Shown piece by piece: positions 20,060 through 29,309 of a stretch of DNA of 64,000 nt. The position numbers were made by a program, and so were the translations under genes. Each line of letters starts with the position of its first letter. Within the stretch, counting starts at the first letter, position 1. Below the pieces are notes generated by a model. That model was not told where the DNA came from. It ran no database searches and saw only the letters and a list, made by a program, of their open reading frames with translations. This DNA comes from Nitrosopumilaceae archaeon (GTDB lineage Archaea > Thermoproteota > Nitrososphaeria > Nitrososphaerales > Nitrosopumilaceae). The DNA is taken from NCBI GenBank assembly GCA_965209085.1, contig OZ242376.1:1408001-1472000 (forward strand). Direction: 5' to 3'.

Positions 20060-21072
20060 GCCTGGGCCACTTTTGCCAAATGCCGCAGTTTTATGTCCAT
20101 TCCAAAACGATCCTCATTACGTTTCATGTATCTGAATATCGCAAGCATATTTACAATCTGTGTTATAGGATTGAACTTGCCGTCAATTTTTTTGCGTACA
20201 AAATCGTATACTGTACCGTATATTGCAAAATGTTTGGCAACCTGTTTCTCATATTCTGGTATGTTGTCTACATTATTCACAAAAATATCAGCACATTCCA
20301 TGCTTGGAATTATGCCCTCCCCTAGCAGCGGAAACACGGTTCCTATGGACTCGCCCACCCCCACTATGTTGCCGTCCGAATACGGCATACAGTTTTCCGG
20401 CGTTGCAAGCCGTATTGGTCTGCCCACGGTTTTGATGATTTTGCCGCCGTGTTTTTTTAGAAATTTATTAGTCTCAATTACGTGGTTTTTTTTGTAATCG
20501 CCAGCTCCTATGTGGGCCGTCTTTTCACCTAGTGGAAAATACCAAAAGTATCCGGACATTCCCTTAAAGGCGTGTACAAAGAAATCATCGTATGGAACTT
20601 TGTCCTCGTACTGGACTTTATACTCGTATGTTGGAAGAAAAAAATCGTTTTTAATGCGCGGCAGGTACGAGCGGTGAAAGCCAGTACAGTCCACAATGAG
20701 ATCGTATTTTGATTCAATTTCACTTTTTGCCGGAGCTTTGCCGTAGTGGACGGTGCAGTTTTTTACAAGATCCTGAATCAGTCCTATTTTATCGTACGTG
20801 CACAAACCGTGCAGTGCAATATCGAATTTTTTTCCAGCGCAAGATATGTGCATAAATTTTCCATCGTGTATTACGTATTTTTCAAAATCAATTCCTGACA
20901 TTTCACACAGCTGTGCCATGCGGCTTTTTGATGATCCCCACGCGCATATGGAGTCGTGTCGGTCTTTTGTCATGCGCTCATAACCGGTTACCTCGTGATC
21001 GTCCTTTAGGCGGGAGAGAAGATAACTCCCCGCAACACCCATTCCCATTACGGCAATCTTCATTGTGCGCAT
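20056..21072 (-). CDS. FAD-dependent oxidoreductase, geranylgeranyl reductase-like
   Basis: GMGVAG Rossmann motif, ICAWG, GYFWYFP, VGESIG..PLLGEGI. Confidence 0.85.
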   Translation of the reverse strand: MRTMKIAVMGMGVAGSYLLSRLKDDHEVTGYERMTKDRHDSICAWGSSKSRMAQLCEMSGIDFEKYVIHDGKFMHISCAGKKFDIALHGLCTYDKIGLIQDLVKNCTVHYGKAPAKSEIESKYDLIVDCTGFHRSYLPRIKNDFFLPTYEYKVQYEDKVPYDDFFVHAFKGMSGYFWYFPLGEKTAHIGAGDYKKNHVIETNKFLKKHGGKIIKTVGRPIRLATPENCMPYSDGNIVGVGESIGTVFPLLGEGIIPSMECADIFVNNVDNIPEYEKQVAKHFAIYGTVYDFVRKKIDGKFNPITQIVNMLAIFRYMKRNEDRFGMDIKLRHLAKVAQA

Positions 21073-21115
21073 TATTTTCTAGCCTATTAATAAATTAAAA
21101 CTTGTACGCGCGCGT

Positions 21116-23959
21116 CTATTCCAAAAGTATCGCAGGTTTTAGCGGTCTTGAGTGTCTTGCCTTTCCCTTTGGATCGCATTTTGCCCCATCATCCTCGGAA
21201 AACACGCGCAGCTTGGCGCCAAACTGTGCTGTTGCAAGATCTGCTAGTATGCTAGTAAAGATCGTTTTCTCGTCAGGCAATCCGTTTTCTGCCACGTATT
21301 TGCGTACCTCTTCAGTCTCTGAGAGTATATCTTTGATTGATTTTTGAACATAGTCAGGCGATTTTTTTACATTTTGTGTGGCAGGATTGGAGAGCAGTTT
21401 TGGCATAATTTCCCCCATATTTGATGCGCCATTTTGCACATATTGTAGAATGCATTCGTACGAGTCAGATTTCATCACTCCGGCAGTGTAAACGGTAATT
21501 GTCTTTGGAGACATTTTTGTCACCTTTAATATCTTGGATATGTCATCCAAAACCCGCCGTAACAGATCTTCTCTCATGTCAGCACCATCCCATTGCGTAT
21601 CGGCATCTTTGGGCCATGATGATTTTGATGCGCGCATCTTATTGCCAAGTTTTTCCCACATTTCTTCGGCCATGTGCGGTACAAATGGCGAGAGCATTAA
21701 CGTCCTTGCGGATTCTATTTTGCCCAATACCGCAGGTCTTTGGGTTCTTCCTCTAGCTGCCATTCTCTTTGCATGCCACTGCACATCCGAGTCCAAACCG
21801 TACAGTATTGTATGAAGTGCCTCCCGCAGCCGCATCTTTTCGATGAGTTTTGTGGTTTCGCGTATGGTTTTGTTTAACTTTGATAAAAGCCATACGTCTT
21901 CAGGTTCCTCACACGGACCGTCCGGTTCCGGTCTGCAGTTTGAGAGCATTGATCCAAGACGGCGTGATATGCTGTCAACTGAATCAATGTTAAAGTCAGC
22001 ATCCTGTAAAAGCTCAGAGGATACCAGGATTGCCGCGCGTATAGGATCCGCACCGTACTTGCGTATGGCCTGCCGCAGGGGTATTATGTTTCCCATTGAT
22101 TTTGACATTTTCTTCCCATACATTAGGACAGAGCCGTTTACCACGATCTGTTTTGGCCATTTTTCCTCGCCGTATATTGCAACATGGTTTAACACAAAAA
22201 AGGAGAGATGGTTTGGCACCAGATCCCTTCCAGAATGTCTTGAATCAACTGGATAAAAATACTCGAATGATTCGCGCGCCTCCTTTGCACCCTCGCACAG
22301 TCCATCCGGCGTGCCCTCCCCCAAAAAGACATAGTTGAAAAATTCCATCCCCATCTCTTCGGGTTTTATTTTTCCATCGTTTACCAGGCGCGATATCGTA
22401 TAATACGACATGTATATGACAGAATCTGTCAGACTCTCCATCACCCAGTCTTTATCCCACGGCAGCGGCGTTCCAAGACCGTGCTGGCGCGCGCATGCCC
22501 TCTGATGCAGCCAGCTTAGTGTATGGTGAAATTCGGTTTCAATCTCTGCTGGAAGTATCTGCATATTGTTCAGGCATTTTGCAGCTTTTGCCTTCCATTC
22601 ATCGTCTCCGTAATTTAGAAACCACTGATTTTCAAGCATCTTTACAACGCATACTGCGCCGCACCTGCACCTTACCGGAGGATTTGCCATTTCCAGCATA
22701 TTTTCTGCTTTGTTTTGCCCCTCTAACCATTCGTGGACTGTTTGTTTTGCATCCGATACCTTGAGGTTTACAAATTTACCGGCATTAACAGTCATTGTGC
22801 CGGCGTAAAATTCTTTTGCATAGATCTCTTTTGTTGATTCTTCAAGACGCGGATCGTTTTGATCCCGTATGCCGTATTTTTGTACCTGCTCTTGTGCAGG
22901 AATATTCCCGAATTCGGGGGATTTTATTATTACAATCGGCTTTATCGCAGATGCTTTTGCTGCAAACGCGCCACCACCTGCTGCAAGATCTTTTAGTGCG
23001 CAATAGTCAAACGGGGCGTGTGCCGGAACTGACATGACTATTCCCGTACCCACGTCGGTTTTTACAAACGGGGCTGGAAATATCGGCACGTGTGTTCCTT
23101 TATAGTCGGTTGCATCAGAGCCGCATATTTTTGAGCCCGGGATTTTTTCATGGCGTGTTATTTTTTTTCCAAGATACGAGAGTTTGTCAGCACACTCGGG
23201 GCTGACAATCCATTTTTCCCCATCAGCTGTTATTTTTTCATACATTATATCCGGATTTACCCACAGATTTGTCACTCCAAATACGGTTTCTGCGCGCAGC
23301 GTGGCAGCAGGCAGTACGCATCCCTCATATTCGAATTTTATTACAGAGTATTCTGTAAAGTCCGGCTCCACATCGCCCATCGTATCGTGCTGCGATACTG
23401 GATTTTCATCCTTTGGACACCATCCGACCGGATGCGAGCCCTGCACTATGAGGTTTTTATTTTTCAACGTATTTGCCTGCCATTCTATAAATTTCTGATA
23501 CGGTTTGTCAATAGTCGTAAATTCCCGCCTCCAGTCAATGGAATATCCCATTTCTATCATTCCCTGTTTTATTTCGGCGCTAAAATAATCGGCAATTTTT
23601 ATCGGCTCTACAAATCCTTTTACAATTTCTTTTGGCACACCATACAGGCCTTCTAGAGCATTTATGATCTCCTTATCCTGCGCCGCCACTCTTTTTGCCA
23701 TTCCAAGTATCGGAGTTCCCGTATAGTGAAATGCCATCGGAAATAATACGTTATACCCCATCATCCGCAGGAATCGTGCATGTACGTCTGCTGTAGTGTA
23801 TGTTCTGCCGTGTCCCACGTGCTGCGGTGAATTTGGATACGGGTATGCCACAGTGATGAATTTTTTCTCTCTTGCGTCCGGCTCTGTCTCAAAGTCTTTG
23901 TCTTTTGACCATTGTTGCTGCCACTTCTCCTCTAGTTTGCTCCAGTTTACTTTATCCAT
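21116..23959 (-). CDS. leuS: Leucine--tRNA ligase
   Basis: YPYPNSPQHVGH (HIGH), GTGIVMSVPAHAPFD editing domain, KMSKS. Confidence 0.97.
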   Translation of the reverse strand: MDKVNWSKLEEKWQQQWSKDKDFETEPDAREKKFITVAYPYPNSPQHVGHGRTYTTADVHARFLRMMGYNVLFPMAFHYTGTPILGMAKRVAAQDKEIINALEGLYGVPKEIVKGFVEPIKIADYFSAEIKQGMIEMGYSIDWRREFTTIDKPYQKFIEWQANTLKNKNLIVQGSHPVGWCPKDENPVSQHDTMGDVEPDFTEYSVIKFEYEGCVLPAATLRAETVFGVTNLWVNPDIMYEKITADGEKWIVSPECADKLSYLGKKITRHEKIPGSKICGSDATDYKGTHVPIFPAPFVKTDVGTGIVMSVPAHAPFDYCALKDLAAGGGAFAAKASAIKPIVIIKSPEFGNIPAQEQVQKYGIRDQNDPRLEESTKEIYAKEFYAGTMTVNAGKFVNLKVSDAKQTVHEWLEGQNKAENMLEMANPPVRCRCGAVCVVKMLENQWFLNYGDDEWKAKAAKCLNNMQILPAEIETEFHHTLSWLHQRACARQHGLGTPLPWDKDWVMESLTDSVIYMSYYTISRLVNDGKIKPEEMGMEFFNYVFLGEGTPDGLCEGAKEARESFEYFYPVDSRHSGRDLVPNHLSFFVLNHVAIYGEEKWPKQIVVNGSVLMYGKKMSKSMGNIIPLRQAIRKYGADPIRAAILVSSELLQDADFNIDSVDSISRRLGSMLSNCRPEPDGPCEEPEDVWLLSKLNKTIRETTKLIEKMRLREALHTILYGLDSDVQWHAKRMAARGRTQRPAVLGKIESARTLMLSPFVPHMAEEMWEKLGNKMRASKSSWPKDADTQWDGADMREDLLRRVLDDISKILKVTKMSPKTITVYTAGVMKSDSYECILQYVQNGASNMGEIMPKLLSNPATQNVKKSPDYVQKSIKDILSETEEVRKYVAENGLPDEKTIFTSILADLATAQFGAKLRVFSEDDGAKCDPKGKARHSRPLKPAILLE

Positions 23960-23991
23960 AAAACCAAGTCCGCGATGCTAATATTTTACTG

Positions 23992-24450
23992 CTAAGAATC
24001 CGGAACGTATGTTCCAACAAGCTTTGCCTCCCCTATCACGTGTCCATCCATTGCTCCCCTTAATGCAGCCGCATCAGCGCCTTTTTTTAGATTCAAGTCA
24101 GTATCTAGTGCATACAGTACAAAGACGTACGTGTGTATTTTATCAGGTGGTGCCGGACCGCCATATTTTGCACTGCCAAAATCACTCACACCCTGAGAGC
24201 ATCCTTTTGGGATGGAGGATTCGTCAATTTTATCCGTATTTGGCAAAATGTTCCATACAAGCCAATGCGTCCAGGTTTTGCCAACTACTTTTTTTGCATC
24301 AGGATCGTCCATTATCAGCGCAAGCGACTTGGAGTTTGGAGGGACACCAGATATGGATAACGGCGGGCTGGAATTTTTGTTTTTGTATCCGTATTTTTTT
24401 GGAATCTCCCCCATATCATCAAATGCCGGACTAGAGAGTGAAAACGTCAT
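23992..24450 (-). CDS. YbhB/YbcL (PEBP) family protein
   Basis: DDPDA, WTHWLVWNI, YGGPAPP..HTY.F.LYALD. Confidence 0.92.
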   Translation of the reverse strand: MTFSLSSPAFDDMGEIPKKYGYKNKNSSPPLSISGVPPNSKSLALIMDDPDAKKVVGKTWTHWLVWNILPNTDKIDESSIPKGCSQGVSDFGSAKYGGPAPPDKIHTYVFVLYALDTDLNLKKGADAAALRGAMDGHVIGEAKLVGTYVPDS

Positions 24451-24498
24451 GTGCAAAGTTTTCTGCACGCAAAAATAAAGCTTGCTACAATACTGTCT

Positions 24499-24879
24499 TT
24501 ACTGCTCTAAAATTATGCGGTTATTGTGTACTGACATTACAGAACCCCCGTGTTTTTTTATTTCCAGTTTTAGCCTCATATCAAGCGTGGCCACTATTCC
24601 CCCATGTTTTTCAACGTGCCGTATTAATGCCCCATCTGCCCGGCGCCCTCCAATCTCTATCTCTGGCATTTTTTTTGCCCGCTCCAGCGCAGATAATGCT
24701 GTCGGACTTTTTTCAGGATCTTTTGATAGTCCGTAAAGTTCGCGTAAAACTGTATCAGGTGCAAGAAATCTTACAGGTCCAATTTCATCATCAAGTGAAT
24801 CGATGTTTTTTATCCGCGAGTTTGCCATGTGCATCAAAAAGCTGGTATCGCACAGTACGTCAGGCAACTGTTCCAGCAC
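24499..24879 (-). CDS. PIN-domain protein (Fcf1/Utp24-like)
   Basis: VLCDTSFL, VLREL, ADGAL, VATLD; overlaps the aIF2-gamma 3' end. Confidence 0.85.
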   Translation of the reverse strand: MLEQLPDVLCDTSFLMHMANSRIKNIDSLDDEIGPVRFLAPDTVLRELYGLSKDPEKSPTALSALERAKKMPEIEIGGRRADGALIRHVEKHGGIVATLDMRLKLEIKKHGGSVMSVHNNRIILEQ

Positions 24880-26131
24880 CGATTAATCGCCATCTGTCAG
24901 TGATTCTGCTGCTGATGGCGGCACGACCTTTTTTGAATATGCATACGGGACGTCTAAATTCCACAGTTATTTTTCCGTCTTTTGCCTTTGTAACTTTACA
25001 AAGTTCAGGCGAGGTGCCTACACTGAACCTCAGCATGTCGCCTATTTTTATCGGAGGTACTTTTACAGTAGATGACATTCCGACTGCAGAATCAAAAAGA
25101 CTAGTCTCAAATGATGCACTCATCATACTTTCAGGAAGAGTTCCAGGTTTGCCTATTACAGCACCAATCAGTGAATCACCGCCGGTCATCGAGGGATCCA
25201 GTTTTGTTCCAATAGCCACGAGTCCTCCGGGAAGAACAGTATCCACCAAGCCAGCTCCGGTTCCAAGTGAATCAATCGTTGTTATGATCGGAGTGTACGT
25301 ATTTTTTTTGCCTTCCTGTACTCCGGGTTTTATTTCGATCTCATCGCCCACTTTGAAAACTCCCACAGTCAGCGATCCCCCTATAACACCGCCCTTTATT
25401 TTTGGTATTTTTGTGCCAGGTTTGTTTACATCAAACGAACGCAGTACGTGCATTACCGGATCAGCTTTGCTGTCGCGCTCTGGTGTTTTTATCTGCGATT
25501 CAATCAAACCCACAAGTGCGTCTTTGTTCAGACCCGACTGTGCCGAAACTGGCACGATTGGCGCGTTTACTTTGAATTTTTTCATAAATTTTTCCATGTC
25601 AGAATGATTCGCAATTGCCTCATCATATGTCAACAGATCAACTTTGTTTTGCACCACCACCAGCTGTTTTATTCCAAGAATTTGCAGTGCCAAAAGATGT
25701 TCTTCAGTCTGCAGCTGTGGTACTTTTTGATCAGCTCCGATTACCAAAATGCCGCCATCCATCAGGGCGGCGCCAGATAGCATGTTTGCCATAAGACTTT
25801 CGTGGCCCGGACTGTCCACTATGCTTACCACCCGGGTAAGTTCGGATTTTTTCCCACAATTGGTGCATTTTGATTCTGTGGAATATCCCTCAGGTTCCGG
25901 ACATTTGGAGCATTTGTAAAACGCCACATCCGAATATCCCACCCGTATTGTAATTCCGCGTTTTAGTTCCTGGCTGTGCGTGCTGGTCCACACGCCGGTA
26001 AGCGACTGTACAAGTGTGGTTTTTCCATGATCCACGTGTCCTGCGGTTCCTATGTTGATGCAAGGTTGGCGTCCGTATTTTTTTACATACCAGTCTGGAA
26101 GATCATCTTTCCAATGTGTCAATATGCACAT
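24860..26131 (-). CDS. eif2g: Translation initiation factor 2 subunit gamma
   Basis: GHVDHGKTT, ELKRGITI, Zn ribbon, DSPGHE, QNKVD; true start may be a few codons downstream. Confidence 0.97.
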   Translation of the reverse strand: MCILTHWKDDLPDWYVKKYGRQPCINIGTAGHVDHGKTTLVQSLTGVWTSTHSQELKRGITIRVGYSDVAFYKCSKCPEPEGYSTESKCTNCGKKSELTRVVSIVDSPGHESLMANMLSGAALMDGGILVIGADQKVPQLQTEEHLLALQILGIKQLVVVQNKVDLLTYDEAIANHSDMEKFMKKFKVNAPIVPVSAQSGLNKDALVGLIESQIKTPERDSKADPVMHVLRSFDVNKPGTKIPKIKGGVIGGSLTVGVFKVGDEIEIKPGVQEGKKNTYTPIITTIDSLGTGAGLVDTVLPGGLVAIGTKLDPSMTGGDSLIGAVIGKPGTLPESMMSASFETSLFDSAVGMSSTVKVPPIKIGDMLRFSVGTSPELCKVTKAKDGKITVEFRRPVCIFKKGRAAISSRITDRWRLIGAGTVA

Positions 26132-26169
26132 GGGTATTCCCCGTATGTTTAAGTTATTCTTTTTTCAAT

Positions 26170-26216
26170 ACTGTAAACTTGGTGTATGCGCACTAGTATG
26201 GATCTTCTTGGAATTG
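26170..26216 (-). repeat. End-repeat copy A
   Basis: Reverse strand CAATTCCAAGAAGATCCATACTAGTGCGCATACACCAAGTTTACAGT. Confidence 0.8.
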
Positions 26217-26251
26217 AACCAAAAAAATGGTCTATTATTTTCACAATAATA

Positions 26252-26455
26252 TCAATCCATGCCATCATGTTCTAATTTAGAACGCAAATAACGCATATCC
26301 GGACCACCTTTTATCCTATTACAAATTCCACACGAGTCCGCACCAGCGTCCATGCCGCTACTAGATCTAGGTTTTATATGATCAACTTGTAAATTTTATC
26401 CTGTAATGGTTTTTACAGCCATTGCAAAACTTGGATTGTTTTTCATAATCTGAAG
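26252..26455 (-). pseudogene. HNH endonuclease domain remnant
   Basis: YEKQSKFCNGCKNHY, a frameshift, then NLQVDHIKPRSSSG...CGICNRIKG...MRYLRSKL; no N-terminus. Confidence 0.72.
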
Positions 26456-26522
26456 ATTTTAACATTAAAGTTTCTGAATTAAATAAATAGTAAATACTGA
26501 ATTAAAATGCAATCTTACATAC

Positions 26523-27250
26523 TTGGGAATAATAATTAAATCTAGTATAATAAATTATTACAGCCAATCTATTACTTCTCCGCCCTCTTCGTATGGAACG
26601 GAATCGGTGTCATCATTCACAAGTAATCATATTAATATTGTTGATTATATATATTTTCATATCGACGAATTATTCTTAAGAGAATTACGTACAGAATTTG
26701 ATCAATATATGAGCATTATAAATATTCTAGAAAGAAAAGCTCAAAATCTAAGTGTCATATCTACCATATTAATTACAATATTAATTGGTACTAAAATTCT
26801 TGATAATAATGCTTCATTACACGTACTTGTTCCATTATCTATTACTGTTGGTTTATTATTAGCATCAATTGTATCTAGTCGTTTTGCAGCTGGCATTCAT
26901 GGACAAGTAATGCATATTAATTTTAGACAATTTTTTATTTTAAATCGTGTTGGAGGTGAACAATATTCTATAAATGATGATAAAATTAATCAATTCATAA
27001 TACATGATTCAATAACAATAAATGGAAAAAAATCTTCTACTAGTGATGCATCCCAAGAAAATAAATCAATTAATCTGCAGATATGTCTAATCAACGAATA
27101 TAATGGCTTTACATAATGCAGTACGAAATGGTAAACGTATCGCTAAACAGGTTAAACGTGCTCAAAAATATTTTAATCTTGGAGTAATTTCATCAGTTAT
27201 TACAGTAATCATATTATCATCATATTTGGCAAAAATTATACCGAATTAAC
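26523..27250 (+). pseudogene. Frameshifted 3-TM membrane protein resembling Pycsar effector (PycTM/DUF5706) topology
   Basis: ERKAQNLSVISTILITIL (TM1), TM2, soluble loop; after a frameshift near 27100 continues IMALHNAVRNGKRIAKQVKRAQKYFNLG + TM3 to a stop at 27250; start codon uncertain. Confidence 0.5.
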
Positions 27251-27305
27251 ATCCCCTTGTAACAAAATATTACAAACTCACAATAACAAAAAGATCACTT
27301 TCAAG

Positions 27306-27355
27306 CAATCCAAAGAAGATCCATATTCATGTCCATGTGCCTACAAGTTTACAGT
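27306..27355 (+). repeat. End-repeat copy B
   Basis: CAATCCAAAGAAGATCCATATTCATGTCCATGTGCCTACAAGTTTACAGT. Confidence 0.8.
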
Positions 27356-27365
27356 GCCTTTTTTT

Positions 27366-27788
27366 CTATTTGGATTTTTTTTCAGGTTTATCTTTTGTCT
27401 TTTCTTCAGATTTTGCTCCAGTCTTTTCTTCTTTTTTTGTTTCCGGGATTATGCCGTCCAGTCTGCAGTTTATTTGATACATTTCCTCTGTAATTTGATT
27501 TCCACGCACGAGTTTGCGCTTACGCGTGCCAGTTTCAGCCTTGTTCAAACCCACGCCAGGTGACAATAATACGTATTTACGCGCTCCGCCGTGTACGTCC
27601 TGTCTCATTGGAACGCCAGACTTGTCGCTGCCGCCGGTTATCTTTATTTTGCCTCTAAATCCAACTATGGCCGCGTCCGTTTCTTTGCCAATCTCCAACC
27701 CCAACAACGGTGTAGCCTCGGCATCCTTTAGCTCTTTTGTCATGGATTTTCCCTTTGTGTCAGATATAGTGAGCTTAAAGCTTGCCAT
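27366..27788 (-). CDS. rps6e: 30S ribosomal protein eS6
   Basis: KITGGSDKSGVPMR, RKRKLVRGN. Confidence 0.96.
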   Translation of the reverse strand: MASFKLTISDTKGKSMTKELKDAEATPLLGLEIGKETDAAIVGFRGKIKITGGSDKSGVPMRQDVHGGARKYVLLSPGVGLNKAETGTRKRKLVRGNQITEEMYQINCRLDGIIPETKKEEKTGAKSEEKTKDKPEKKSK

Positions 27789-27867
27789 GTAAACAATTTG
27801 CGTTAAGATAAGTCTAATTAACGTTTAGATCATTCATAGTTAAATTCATGTTCTTTCTTGTATGTAT

Positions 27868-27990
27868 GTGTCTGAACCTGTCTCTTGTCCAAAATGTAGC
27901 GAGGAGATGGTAGACGTACAAGTGTGTCATCTTATCTGTCCGCGATGCGGCTCCCATCTAGACTGTTCAGAAAAAGGGATTTTTTGGTAA
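27868..27990 (+). CDS. CPxC(G) zinc-finger microprotein (40 aa)
   Basis: Manual translation MSEPVSCPKCSEEMVDVQVCHLICPRCGSHLDCSEKGIFW; below the ORF-track size cut-off. Confidence 0.75.
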   Translation: MSEPVSCPKCSEEMVDVQVCHLICPRCGSHLDCSEKGIFW

Positions 27991-28013
27991 ATTTACCACA
28001 TGCTGACTTTTAA

Positions 28014-28187
28014 TCACATGCCTGTTCTGTCGGGAATATAATCAGCTGCCATGTTTATTGCCTCGTTTTTCATAACTTCCAGATATTCTTCATATCCGTC
28101 TCCGTATCCGCAGTGGGTGCATTCAACGCGCGTCATCTCTTCGTTGACTGTTGCAACTTCTCCGCATTTTGGGCATCTTGCATCCAA
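28014..28187 (-). CDS. Small zinc-ribbon protein (57 aa)
   Basis: Manual translation MDARCPKCGEVATVNEEMTRVECTHCGYGDGYEEYLEVMKNEA...; TATA-like TTATATAG upstream. Confidence 0.78.
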   Translation of the reverse strand: MDARCPKCGEVATVNEEMTRVECTHCGYGDGYEEYLEVMKNEAINMAADYIPDRTGM

Positions 28188-28241
28188 TACGTACGGATTA
28201 TTTTGAAGCTATATAATGTTAATCGACATATTTTGGTGCAT

Positions 28242-28315
28242 GCGGGGTTAGTCCAGCCTGGTAGGACGTCAGCTTCCCAAGCTGAAGGTCGCGTGTTCAA
28301 ATCCCGCACTCCGCA
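28242..28315 (+). tRNA. tRNA-Gly(CCC)
   Basis: GCGGGGT/ACTCCGC acceptor, TCAGC-TTCCCAA-GCTGA anticodon arm, TTCAAAT loop; one T-stem mismatch. Confidence 0.92.
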
Positions 28316-28316
28316 T

Positions 28317-29300
28317 TTATTTCAGATCATCAAGTGCCTGCCGTATTGAATCACGGTCTGATGCATCAGGTGTGGCGCACAAATATGCTTCAAAATCTTC
28401 GCGTGCTCCGGCATTGTTTTGCCGCTGCATTCTTGCAATAGCGCGGTTTTTGTATATTGGGCCATATCTGGTGGCGTTTATTGATATTGCTTTGGTATAA
28501 AATTCCTCAGCCTTGTCATACGATTGTAATTTCAGATGGTAATTTCCAATACCCCTGTACGCAAGGTATGATCTCGGGTTTATCTCCAGTGCTCTCTCAT
28601 AATGCGGTATGCACTCGCTGGAATTTTTTTCATTGAATATGGAACCTAGCAACGAGTGTGCCGTAGAATTTAACGGGTCAAGCAGTATGGCTTTTTTTAA
28701 CGATTCTAACGCCTCGTCGGAATTTCCAAGAAGATTTTGTTTTTCTGAGAGAAAACACAGTCTGTTTGAAAGGCGTTTATCCTCAGAACCTGGCATTGCA
28801 GAGAGTTTTTCAGGCGGTGCAATTAAAATTGCAATATATCCATCCTCGGACCAGAGGGCATCAAACTGATCTTCAGGTATGACTCCCATTTGAAATTCCC
28901 CATGCTCATCTTGCTGAGGTATATAGTGCAGTATTGTTTTTGATTCGTTATCATAACCGGATATTACAGAGGCATGCTGGATTGTACGCGATATTCCAGG
29001 CAGTATGACTATTGGGGGAATTCCACCGTCTATGATCTTTCGCAGATCGTTCATTCCAGAATGCAATACAATGCACCCCAAACCGTGACGTTCTGCAAGT
29101 TCCATCCCCTCTATGAGTATGCTGCCGTTTACTTTGGGGTATTTTTTTGCAATCTCAACGGCCGATTCCATAGGTAAAGTGACATTCCAGTATTTTGATA
29201 CTGCATTTATCGACAGTGGGAGGCATATGTTATCCTCATTTACCGGCGGCAGTATCAGATCTCGATCAGAGGACATGGTTTGTTTCTGCGGTTTTTCCAA
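28317..29300 (-). CDS. C39-like (papain-fold) peptidase domain + TPR repeats
   Basis: NICLPLSINAVSKYW (Cys), QHASVISGYD (His/Asp); C-terminal TPRs (ALEINPRSYLAYRGIG). Confidence 0.85.
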   Translation of the reverse strand: MEKPQKQTMSSDRDLILPPVNEDNICLPLSINAVSKYWNVTLPMESAVEIAKKYPKVNGSILIEGMELAERHGLGCIVLHSGMNDLRKIIDGGIPPIVILPGISRTIQHASVISGYDNESKTILHYIPQQDEHGEFQMGVIPEDQFDALWSEDGYIAILIAPPEKLSAMPGSEDKRLSNRLCFLSEKQNLLGNSDEALESLKKAILLDPLNSTAHSLLGSIFNEKNSSECIPHYERALEINPRSYLAYRGIGNYHLKLQSYDKAEEFYTKAISINATRYGPIYKNRAIARMQRQNNAGAREDFEAYLCATPDASDRDSIRQALDDLK

Positions 29301-29309
29301 TAATACTCT

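Larger units (their letters stand above)
26170..27355. mobile_element. AT-rich cargo island bounded by imperfect ~50-bp terminal inverted repeats (non-autonomous element candidate)
   Basis: Perfect inverted pairs ACTGTAAACTTG (26170-26181)/CAAGTTTACAGT (27344-27355) and TATGGATCTTCTT (26197-26209)/AAGAAGATCCATA (27313-27325); lies between rps6e and eif2g. Confidence 0.75.

Noticed and set aside
26160-27365. Target-site duplication or casposon identity for island 1
   Set aside because: Flanks (CAAT / GCCT) are not duplicated, and there is no cas1 or polB, so the mechanism cannot be assigned from this window.
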